29,926 bases of DNA from Bdellovibrionales bacterium. Lineage in GTDB: Bacteria > Bdellovibrionota > Bdellovibrionia > Bdellovibrionales > JAMPXM01. The stretch lies in assembly GCA_043784965.1 (NCBI GenBank), contig JAYVXS010000296.1, positions 1-29,926 on the forward strand, given 5' to 3'. The position numbers and the translations under genes were made by a program. Every line of letters begins with the position of its first letter. Positions within the stretch are counted from its first letter, which is position 1. The notes below the pieces were generated by a model. That model was not told the origin of the DNA and ran no database searches. It saw nothing but the letters and a program-made list of their open reading frames with translations. This document shows, in pieces, positions 16,183 to 24,204 of this stretch.

Positions 16183-18252
16183 CTAAATTTGAGCGGCTAA
16201 AATCGTAGCTTGTTTGATGGCCTCTTTTGCATCGAGTTCAAGAGCTTTAAAAGCTCCGCCAATCAAATGGGGATGCAAATCAGAAAGTTCAAGATAAATA
16301 TTTTTAAGTGATTCTTGCCCAACACAAATGACAATTTGGTCAACTTCGAGTAGCAAATCTTTTTTATGCTGCTTGATATGAAGTCCATGATCATCAATTT
16401 TAAGATATTCAACGCCACCAAGCATCTTAACACCATGGTCTTTTAAAAAACTCCGATGAATCCAGCCAGTGGTTTTGCCAAGGTTCTTTCCAGGCATTTC
16501 GGGCTTTCGTTGTAAAAGATATATGATCTGATCTGGCTTTTGTGACAACTTGGCTTTCAATCCACCAACATTCTGAAAAGATTGATCTACGCCCCAGGTA
16601 TTACAGAACTCACGTATTTTTTCTTTACTATCTTGATCCCGAGTAGACGCCGCAGTCGACGCCGCAGTTGACGCTGAAGCCAAAGCCGAAGCTAAAATAA
16701 ATTTTGCAGTATCAAAGCCAATTCCGCCCGCACCAATAATGGCCACACGCTTTTGAATTGCGACTCTTCCACTAATAATATCTACATAACTTGCGACGTT
16801 CTTATGCTCTATTCCATGAATTTGTGGAATACGTGCTTTGATTCCAGCTGCAACAACCACTTCGTCAAATGCACCACTCCTGATTTCTGCAGCAGTTACT
16901 CGATGCCCAAGTAGGAGATTCACACTCCCTAGCTCAAGCTGCCTTTTATAATACCGAAGAGTCTCATAGAACTCTTCTTTTCCAGGAATTTTTTTTGCCA
17001 GATTGAATTGGCCACCAATTTCACTTGCTGCCTCATAGAGCGTGACCTTGTGCCCGCGCCCACTTGCAGTGACTGCAAATGCGAGTCCCGCTGGGCCTGC
17101 GCCGACAACAGCAATATTTTTTGAAATTTGAGCCCGGCCATAGATAATTTCAGTTTCATAGCAAGCTCTCGGATTGACCAAACAGGTGGCACGCTTTCTT
17201 TTAAAAATATGATCCAGACAACCCTGATTGCATGCAATGCACGTGTTAATTTGATCTGCTTGCTGGGCAAAGGCCTTATTTACAAATTGAGAATCTGCGA
17301 GATAGGGTCTTGCCATTGAGATCAAATCCGCATCACCGTCGAAAAGAATCTTTTCAGCCAACTCAGGACTATTGATTCGATTCGCCGCAATGATCGGAAT
17401 ACCAATATGCCCTTTCAATTCCCTCGTGGCCCAAGTAAAAGCGCCCCGCGGAACATCAGTGGCAATGGTCGGTACTCTGGCTTCATGCCAACCTATTCCG
17501 GTACTAAGTATATTGGCGCCAGCCGCCTCAATTGCTTTTGCCAGCTGAACAACATCTTCAAATTTGCAACCCCGCTCAACTAAATCTAAAATTGATATGC
17601 GAAAGATAATTATAAAGTCCCTTCCAACACGGGCGCGAACCCTTTCAATAATTTGCGTCGCAAACCGATTGCGATTTTGTACAGATCCGCCCCATTCATC
17701 TTTTCGCATATTGGTTTTGGGAGATACAAATTCATTGATCAAATAGCCTTCAGACCCCATAACTTCAACGCCGTCATAGCCAGCCTCTCGCGCAAGGACT
17801 GCTGTTTGCGCAAAATCTTCAATCGTCGAATTAATTTTGCTTGTACTCATCTCCCATGGTTTGAACGGAGAAATCGGCGACTTGAGAGGTGAAGGCGCTG
17901 CGGCCATCGGATGGATCGCATAGCGACCTGCATGCAATATTTGCAAGGCAATCTTGCCTCCGGCCTGATGAACTCTTTCAGTTACTATTCGATGACGAGT
18001 CACCTCGGACCGAGTCGAGAGTTTTGAAGAAAAAGGCATAAACCAGCCCGTACGATTTGGAGAAAAGCCGCCAGTCACAATCAAGCCAACTCCGCCCTCA
18101 GCTCGCTCAGCATAGAAAGCTGCTAACTTTGGAAAGTTTTTGGCCGAGTCCTCGAGGCCGGTATGCATCGAGCCCATGACAAAGCGATTTTTAAGCCTAA
18201 CAAATCCAAGGTCAAGCGACTCAAAAAGTTTTGCGTACTTTGCATGTGTCAT
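16183..18252 (-). CDS. fadH: 2,4-dienoyl-CoA reductase [NADPH] (FadH): OYE-like TIM barrel, 4Fe-4S region and a C-terminal FAD/NAD(P)-binding domain.
   Basis: Collinear similarity to E. coli FadH over the whole length: LDLGF..LKNR..MGSMHTGLE, KIALQILHAGRY, GYDGVEVMGSEGYLINEF, INTCIACNQGCLD, VAVVGAGPAGLAFA, GKTTGWIHR, HLIGG... One low-complexity insertion (ASALASASTAASTAAST). Confidence 0.85.
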   Translation of the reverse strand: MTHAKYAKLFESLDLGFVRLKNRFVMGSMHTGLEDSAKNFPKLAAFYAERAEGGVGLIVTGGFSPNRTGWFMPFSSKLSTRSEVTRHRIVTERVHQAGGKIALQILHAGRYAIHPMAAAPSPLKSPISPFKPWEMSTSKINSTIEDFAQTAVLAREAGYDGVEVMGSEGYLINEFVSPKTNMRKDEWGGSVQNRNRFATQIIERVRARVGRDFIIIFRISILDLVERGCKFEDVVQLAKAIEAAGANILSTGIGWHEARVPTIATDVPRGAFTWATRELKGHIGIPIIAANRINSPELAEKILFDGDADLISMARPYLADSQFVNKAFAQQADQINTCIACNQGCLDHIFKRKRATCLVNPRACYETEIIYGRAQISKNIAVVGAGPAGLAFAVTASGRGHKVTLYEAASEIGGQFNLAKKIPGKEEFYETLRYYKRQLELGSVNLLLGHRVTAAEIRSGAFDEVVVAAGIKARIPQIHGIEHKNVASYVDIISGRVAIQKRVAIIGAGGIGFDTAKFILASALASASTAASTAASTRDQDSKEKIREFCNTWGVDQSFQNVGGLKAKLSQKPDQIIYLLQRKPEMPGKNLGKTTGWIHRSFLKDHGVKMLGGVEYLKIDDHGLHIKQHKKDLLLEVDQIVICVGQESLKNIYLELSDLHPHLIGGAFKALELDAKEAIKQATILAAQI

Positions 18253-18288
18253 CGATAATCCGCCTGCACTTTAAATTTCGACCATTGG

Positions 18289-19167
18289 CTAATAATGAAT
18301 CCCTATACGGGCACCAAGTGCGCCTGGTGAACCGATCGAGTTATTTACAAATTCGATGGTGTATCCAGCATAAATATCAAACTGGGTTGACGAGGTTCTA
18401 AAAAATTGAACACCAACGCCTGCGCTACCAGCAAACCCGCTGATCGATGTAACGCTTGATGAACTACTTCCTGAACCGGCTGCACCCAGACCAGCGGCTA
18501 AGTAGGGGGAGGTATCCTCATCGCTTAAAAATAAATTTAGCCCCAATTGTGCGTCCCCCAAATAGGTAGTCCAGTCATTAGTCGCAAAGAGCTCAACAAC
18601 CATTTTGATTTGCGTGCGAGGAGTAACCTCCCAAAAATGTCCAAAAGCAAAGTTGTAGGCGATTTTTGAGTTACCCATATTAGATAGACCAGCAGCTCCA
18701 AAGCCGAAATATCTGGTGTTGTGAGACCTGATACGGGCTTGAAGTTGATTTTCATCTCGTGGATTCACTTCGCCAACGCGAGTGTCTTTTTTCGTAGGCG
18801 TACCCAGAATCGCGGCCCTCACCGCTCGGTCGCTGGCCTCGTCAAGCTCTTCAAGGTTTGCCGCTTTTTGTTTACTTGAAAAAACAGCTTCTCCTTTTTT
18901 CAATTTGGTAATGGTCAATATATATGCCCCGCCAAGACGCATAAGCTCGGTGCGTAAAGTAAAATCTGCGGACTTCTCATCGGCAGAAATGGCGCCACCA
19001 TTTGTAGCTACAGAAGAAGTCACCAAAGATCTTAGAGATTTAGTTAAATCAGCGCTCGCCTCTGCATTATGTACATCCCCGACATAAAAACTAGCAGCAA
19101 AAACTTCATTTGAAGTGAAAGAATTTAAAAGCAATAGAAGCGCAAAAAACAGCATCCAAAATCTCAT
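18289..19167 (-). CDS. Outer-membrane beta-barrel protein (OmpA-like / OMP_b-brl type).
   Basis: Signal peptide MRFWMLFFALLLLLNSFTSNEVFA-A. A Gly/Ser/aromatic-rich C-terminal half with alternating hydrophobic residues, ending in the aromatic ...RIGIHY typical of OMP C-termini. Confidence 0.55.
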   Translation of the reverse strand: MRFWMLFFALLLLLNSFTSNEVFAASFYVGDVHNAEASADLTKSLRSLVTSSVATNGGAISADEKSADFTLRTELMRLGGAYILTITKLKKGEAVFSSKQKAANLEELDEASDRAVRAAILGTPTKKDTRVGEVNPRDENQLQARIRSHNTRYFGFGAAGLSNMGNSKIAYNFAFGHFWEVTPRTQIKMVVELFATNDWTTYLGDAQLGLNLFLSDEDTSPYLAAGLGAAGSGSSSSSVTSISGFAGSAGVGVQFFRTSSTQFDIYAGYTIEFVNNSIGSPGALGARIGIHY

Positions 19168-19318
19168 AAAAACCCCTGGTTGATTGATTCAATAGTCAAA
19201 AAGATTTTAAATGTTTTTTAAAGAACAATCAAAAGATCATTTCATAGATTCAGGCTCACATTCCCCTAACCCGGATATTTCATCAATTTCGTCGTGAAAT
19301 CGCTGATTCGCAGACTGG

Positions 19319-19408
19319 CCTGGCGCTTGAGAGACCTTAGAGTGAGGCCTTTGAGTGAGGCACTCTCAAAGCAGGTTGTCGCAATGAAAAGGTCTCTCAA
19401 GCGCCAGG
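19319..19408. repeat. Perfect 18-bp inverted repeat (cctggcgcttgagagacc / ggtctctcaagcgccagg) flanking a 54-bp spacer that itself contains a tgagtgaggc direct duplication. Stem-loop-forming or MITE-like.
   Basis: Positions 19319-19336 and 19391-19408 are exact reverse complements. Confidence 0.7.
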
Positions 19409-19872
19409 CGCTCTGGCAGCGGAGGCTTCGTCGCCACAACGAGTACCGCCTGGGGCATTGTAAGTGATCTAGCAAATGCCCTACAAATATTTTTGGCGAC
19501 TGGTACTGGCTCAAATACCAAAGTGCCTTTGCTAGCATAAAATCTACTATCACAAATGATCCCGCTCCCGCTGGCTGGAAGTATATAGTCATTTTCATGT
19601 CAGACGGCAATCCAACTGACTTGTCATCTGACCGTGATGGCTCTGAAGTTACTGCGATCACCGCGCTGGTAAATAATCTATTGGCATCTCGACCTGCGAA
19701 AAACCTAACAATTAGCTCGGTATTTTTTGGCAGCCCCTCTGACACCCCTTCCATTCAGAATCTATCTAAAATGGCAAGCCTTGGCGGTGGCGACTTCGTA
19801 GATACAAATGTCACGCAAAATATCGTGATCTCAGATCTTGTGGCTATCCCAGGACAAGACTGTCAAGATTAA
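19388..19872 (+). pseudogene. Remnant of a von Willebrand factor A (VWA) domain gene: the C-terminal part of the VWA fold is readable across two frames. No N-terminal MIDAS (DxSxS) region was found.
   Basis: One frame reads ...APAGWKYIVIFMSDGNPTDLSSDRDGSEVTAITALVNNLLASRPAKNLTISSVFFGSPSDTPSIQNLSKMASLGGGDFVDTN. This matches the VWA pattern (vILLTDG..N ... i.tIGvG ... L..iA..tGG.yf). A neighbouring frame (19388-19534) reads ...TAWGIVSDLANALQIF... just upstream. Confidence 0.35.
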
Positions 19873-20019
19873 CTCCTAAGAAGCAAATTTTCTGCAGTGT
19901 TATTGCGTCCACACAATCTACGTTTGGTTTGGGCCCAATTTTTTACATAAATCTTGAGGCAAAAATTCGACCCAGTATGGTGCTTTTTCTTTTTATTGGC
20001 AAAATGTGGAAAAACTGCA

Positions 20020-20046
20020 AGCCGTCGCAGCTGCCCCCGAAACAGC
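20020..20046 (+). other. Copy C of the shared upstream element (block 3 only: CCGTCGCAGCTGCCCCCGAAACAGC), about 130 bp upstream of the SPFH gene and oriented with it.
   Basis: 22 of 25 positions are identical to the reverse complement of 4389-4413 (CCGTTGCAGCTGCCCCGAAACTGC). Confidence 0.45.
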
Positions 20047-20173
20047 ACTAGACAACTCGACCAACAAAAAGAGGATAGGTTCTATAAATCCTAAATTGCG
20101 CGGCGTTTTGAGTTTTACATCTCCCTAAAATTTTGTAGCATAGTCCGATGAGCTTCTAACCAAAGGATATTTT

Positions 20174-21169
20174 ATGTGGGGAATGATTAAAGGCCAACTT
20201 AGATCCGTTATCGAGTGGAAAAACCCATCACCAGACGCAATTTTTGAAATGTGGTCTGGCAATGGCGACGAAATTAAAAATGCCTCTAAACTCATTGTCG
20301 GCCCTGGGCAGGGTTGCCTTTTTGTATACGAAGGTAAAGTTCAAGGCGTCTATACTCAGTCTGGGATATTTGAAATAGCTACGGCCAACATACCTTTTAT
20401 CACGACAATTACAAAATTTATGCAGGGCTTCGTGAGTGAACATAAGGTTGGCTTTTATTTTTTCAAAACCACTCAGCTCGTCGATTTAAAGTGGGGTACA
20501 CCGTCGGTGATTAAATATGAAGATGCAAAATACCATTTTCCAGTTGGCTTAAGAGCCTTCGGAAACTTTTCGCTACAGATTCAAAAGCCAGAATGGTTTT
20601 TTTCAAGCGTCATTGGTGCACACGAGCTGTTTACAGGTAGCGAACTACGAGAGCTGATGAGCTCTCGTATTATTCAACCTATGACCGATACCTTTGCCAC
20701 CGCCGCATACACCTATACTGAAATCGACATTCATCGAAATGAGTTGGCCGTAAGTCTGACCCAATCACTCAATCAAGATTTTGAGAAACTGGGATTTACA
20801 CTTGTAGACTTTAGAATTGAAGGAACTTCTTTCGACGACGACACCATGAAGCGGATCAATCGCATTGCAGATATGAGCGCTGAATCGCAAGCTGCTGGTG
20901 CAGCTGGCGTAAGCTATGCACAGCTTCAACAATTGCAAGCTCTTCGTGATGCTGCAAAAAATCCGGGTGGCGCGGGAATGGTCATGGGTGTTGGCGTCGG
21001 TGTCGGCATGGGGCAACAGCTCGGTGGAAGCATCGGAGCCTTTGGTGGCTTTTCAAATACTGAAGACCCTGCAACTCGCCTTAAAAAGTTGAGTGAGTTA
21101 CTAACTCAAGGCTTAATTTCAAAAGACGAATTCGAGACCAAGAAAAAAGAAATTTTAGCAAAAATTTAA
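20174..21169 (+). CDS. SPFH / Band-7 family protein (COG4260-type, B. subtilis YdjI-like) with a Gly-rich linker and a C-terminal SHOCT-like bihelical tail.
   Basis: N-terminal MWGMIKGQLRSVIEWKNP... and the overall layout match the Band_7_1 / virion-core-protein-like SPFH family. The C-terminus LKKLSELLTQGLISKDEFETKKKEILAKI is a SHOCT-type motif. A G/A/M-rich segment precedes it. Confidence 0.7.
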   Translation: MWGMIKGQLRSVIEWKNPSPDAIFEMWSGNGDEIKNASKLIVGPGQGCLFVYEGKVQGVYTQSGIFEIATANIPFITTITKFMQGFVSEHKVGFYFFKTTQLVDLKWGTPSVIKYEDAKYHFPVGLRAFGNFSLQIQKPEWFFSSVIGAHELFTGSELRELMSSRIIQPMTDTFATAAYTYTEIDIHRNELAVSLTQSLNQDFEKLGFTLVDFRIEGTSFDDDTMKRINRIADMSAESQAAGAAGVSYAQLQQLQALRDAAKNPGGAGMVMGVGVGVGMGQQLGGSIGAFGGFSNTEDPATRLKKLSELLTQGLISKDEFETKKKEILAKI

Positions 21170-21238
21170 TATGCAATTTATCCGACTAGTCACGAAAAAG
21201 GTCTATTGATTTTAAAAAATACCTGGGGCTAACAGCTG

Positions 21239-22729
21239 ATGAAAAACCATCCACTCCTAAATTCTGCTCGACGCTTAGTTTTCTTGCCGCTGTTCTTTTT
21301 TTGCTGCGAACTCTGGGCACGCGGCGGTGGGGGAGGCGGCGGGCACAGTAGCGGCAGCAGTGGGAGTAGCCATAGCAGTGGTAGCACCTATTATAGCAGC
21401 GGCGGCGACTCTTACAATCAAAGCAGCGGTGGTGGCCTCTTTTTGTTCTTCGTTTTCATAATTATTTTATTTATTTTTATATTCATTTTTTTTAAAAAGG
21501 CTAAAAAAGCTGTCACGCAAACAGGATTTTTAGATGCCGACTCCCCGACAAATATTATGGCGCAGTTTACTCGATTGAACGAATCATCCTTGATTAAAGA
21601 AATCGAAATACCTGCTGACTTCTTTCAAGGTGATAAAATAGACGATTTTAAGAAAAAAGTTAGCCTAGCATTTATCATCATTCAAAAATCATGGTCAGAA
21701 AAAAGACTTGCACTAATGCGCAGGTTTATTAGTGATGGTGTCTATCAAAGGTTTAACGCTCAATTCACTATGATGAACCTCTTAGAAGAGCGCAACCCGA
21801 TGACCAATGTTGAAGTTCATCAAATAGAAATCGTAAAAATTTCAAATGAATCGGGCTATGACTGTGTTGATGTTGCCATTTCAGCTTCAGCCGCCGACCA
21901 ATTTATCAGCGAGAAGTACCCACAGTTGAATTCTCCTGGAGGATTAGAATCCTTTACCGAGTATTGGTCGTTTATCAGGCGCCATGAATTCAAAAAAGGC
22001 GCTGATCTTTTTCTTTCCGAACAGTGTCCAAAATGTTCGGCGCCGCTTACCTCCAAACTTGTTGAAAGCGCGAGATGCCCCTATTGCGGTACTTATTTAA
22101 ATAGTGGCGAGTACGACTGGGTCCTTAGTGAAATCACGCAGGCTGAAGATTATGGGTTCTCATTTGGCGAATTCGCAAATCAAAATACAAGTCTCGAAAC
22201 ATCGCTTGATTCAAATCCTGATTTTTCACGGCAAGTATTAGAAGATCGAGCGAGCAATGCATTTATGCAGATTCTAATTGCACAATTAACCAAAAACACC
22301 GATGTATTGAAACGCTTCTGCACCTCATCAGCATTTGAGTTTTTTAAAAAAACTGCGCCCCAGGTGAACATCGCCTACAATCGCCTTTACACCCAAGCAG
22401 TAGCGCTCTTAAAAACTAAAGTGGAAGGCAATGAAATTCGCGCCTATGTAGCTGTCAAGTTTGCCTTTAGCATTGTTCTCTTAGATAGCGGCCGCTCTGG
22501 CTCACAATCAGAAGAGGATCTGAACTCTGAAACAAGAGTATTGGTGATGATGCGATTTAAATCTGATCAAATCGCCAAAGGATCAATATTTGCTAACGCC
22601 TGCCCAAAGTGCGGTGCTGCCCAGAAAGATAGTTTGTCGGCCGTGTGCTCATACTGCCAAGCCCCCTTAAATGATCCGAACCTCGATTGGGTGGTTGAAG
22701 ATATGCTCGATATGACGGAGCTCACCTAA
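21239..22729 (+). CDS. Membrane protein with a signal-peptide-like N-terminus, a Gly/Ser-rich low-complexity segment, one TM helix, and two tandem repeats of a Tim44-like (NTF2-fold) domain each followed by a CxxC...CxxC zinc ribbon (YdjG-like).
   Basis: G/S tract RGGGGGGGHSSGSSGSSHSSGS... TM helix LFLFFVFIIILFIFIFIFF followed by KKAKK (positive-inside). RLALMRRFISDGVYQRFNAQF...VEVHQIEIV resembles the Tim44 C-terminal domain. Zinc ribbons are CPKCSAPL...CPYCGTYL and CPKCGAAQ...CSYCQAPL, each followed by DW[VL]. Confidence 0.6.
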   Translation: MKNHPLLNSARRLVFLPLFFFCCELWARGGGGGGGHSSGSSGSSHSSGSTYYSSGGDSYNQSSGGGLFLFFVFIIILFIFIFIFFKKAKKAVTQTGFLDADSPTNIMAQFTRLNESSLIKEIEIPADFFQGDKIDDFKKKVSLAFIIIQKSWSEKRLALMRRFISDGVYQRFNAQFTMMNLLEERNPMTNVEVHQIEIVKISNESGYDCVDVAISASAADQFISEKYPQLNSPGGLESFTEYWSFIRRHEFKKGADLFLSEQCPKCSAPLTSKLVESARCPYCGTYLNSGEYDWVLSEITQAEDYGFSFGEFANQNTSLETSLDSNPDFSRQVLEDRASNAFMQILIAQLTKNTDVLKRFCTSSAFEFFKKTAPQVNIAYNRLYTQAVALLKTKVEGNEIRAYVAVKFAFSIVLLDSGRSGSQSEEDLNSETRVLVMMRFKSDQIAKGSIFANACPKCGAAQKDSLSAVCSYCQAPLNDPNLDWVVEDMLDMTELT

Positions 22730-23066
22730 GGAGTTGTGACGAAATAAGCATACGCACGGTCCCTTTGGCCTTTATTGAGCCTGCAGACTTCGTGTACGTT
22801 GTTTGAGGCCGTAAATAAATCCATCATAGGTCCTATACATTTCATCTGAAATATAAGGTACTTTATAGGTCTTACCCATCTCTACTGAGAATTTCTTCTG
22901 ACGATGGCTGCTTAAATCTGACCGGTAAAGCTCAAAAGCATATCTCTATGAATCGATTTCAAAAACTCTACCCGTTTTGCTAAAATTTTTGCCTGCTCTT
23001 CGAATTCCCTATTGAAAAGAGAAAAAAAGCAGTGCGTGAATTCACTATTTACTTTAACTACTTTAT

Positions 23067-23777
23067 TTATGTGAGTTTGAATGAGGCCTGATTCAAAGTT
23101 AATACCTTACGGACAAACTCTTTAAGCACCACGCTAATCTCACTGCTCTGCAAGGTAACTTCTGAGTACAAATCTGCGTCAACTATGGGACCAACACTTG
23201 TGAAAATATGACTCATTCTTTCATTCGCCCATATTACTTTTTGTACGAACTCAGTCTGCACATATTTTTTAAGTGTGGTCGAAAAGCTTTTATAGTCTTT
23301 ATGTGAATGCTCCCATATCAAATAAGCTTGATCGAGATCGAGGTGCTCATTGTACAATCGATCAATCAAATAGAAGTACTCGTCTCTAGTTGTGATCGCC
23401 TGTATTTTGAGATTTGATACAATACGTTTTTTATTTTGAAAGAGTCTTTCTTGACGTAGCGAAAAGCTCTCAGCAGTCTCTTGAATCTCATTTTGAGCAC
23501 CAATAAACTCTGTGGTCAATTCACCGCTATTGGAATATAAATTGCTTTCAAGATTTGCAATGAAGATATTGAGCGCGTCGGATCGCGTTTCTTTATCGAT
23601 AAAAGCCGAATATTGCCAAGGAGAAAAAATCTTCAATAGACTCGAGAAATTCGGCGAACTTCTAAGGCTATTGTCAGACAAAATGATAGCCAGCAAATTC
23701 TTATTTTCTGACCACATACGAAACTTTGAATTGGCCTTGATATACGCGGCCAGCTCGGCAGCTCTCCTTAAATACAA
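23067..23777 (-). CDS. Hypothetical, predicted helical protein. The frame stays open upstream to 23912 with no start codon, so it is possibly the body of a frameshifted secreted protein.
   Basis: 236-aa ORF from a TTG start. No motif recognised. Lies immediately downstream of the metzincin gene. Confidence 0.35.
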   Translation of the reverse strand: MYLRRAAELAAYIKANSKFRMWSENKNLLAIILSDNSLRSSPNFSSLLKIFSPWQYSAFIDKETRSDALNIFIANLESNLYSNSGELTTEFIGAQNEIQETAESFSLRQERLFQNKKRIVSNLKIQAITTRDEYFYLIDRLYNEHLDLDQAYLIWEHSHKDYKSFSTTLKKYVQTEFVQKVIWANERMSHIFTSVGPIVDADLYSEVTLQSSEISVVLKEFVRKVLTLNQASFKLT

Positions 23778-23925
23778 GGTTAAGAGTTGTGGTTGCGCTT
23801 CCTTATTCTTAAGCGAAAATGCCAGAAGCAGAAACTTATAGTACTCGACTACATTTTGCTTAGATTCAGCAAGTAATAGCGCAATCTGAACCGACTGTGT
23901 GTAGACGCATATTTAATTCCGGCAT

Positions 23926-24204
23926 CTAGGGCAAAGTCAAAATCCTTAAAAATATTGAGTAATACCGACAAAGAAATTGTCTGCCGTAGGTTTGGGGACT
24001 TGTCTGTGAAGCAAAATCAGTTTCAACTTCATATTCAGAGCCGAAAGAAAATGCGTAATTAGAAAAAGTGAGATCAGGCTTCTTTTTGACCGGTGAACGA
24101 ATTCCATGAGTGGCCATTTCTTCGTGTTCTGAATCGGCCTTTAAGCTCAATGCAAATATCTGACTTAAAATAAATAGGGCAATTGCCGACTTGCGAATGC
24201 TCAT
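23926..24204 (-). CDS. Small ORF with a clear signal peptide. It overlaps the last 130 bp of the metzincin gene in another frame. Could be the true N-terminus of the downstream protein, or a small secreted partner.
   Basis: MSIRKSAIALFILSQIFALSLKA-DSEHEE is a textbook Sec signal peptide. The last ~20 residues (FLCRYYSIFLRILTLP) look out-of-frame. Confidence 0.25.
   Translation of the reverse strand: MSIRKSAIALFILSQIFALSLKADSEHEEMATHGIRSPVKKKPDLTFSNYAFSFGSEYEVETDFASQTSPQTYGRQFLCRYYSIFLRILTLP

Noticed and set aside
19266-19754. 162-aa minus-strand ORF covering the inverted repeat and antisense to the VWA remnant.
   Set aside because: No recognisable features. It spans a perfect 18-bp inverted repeat. 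The opposite strand carries a readable VWA motif. I kept it only as an alternative in the VWA finding.
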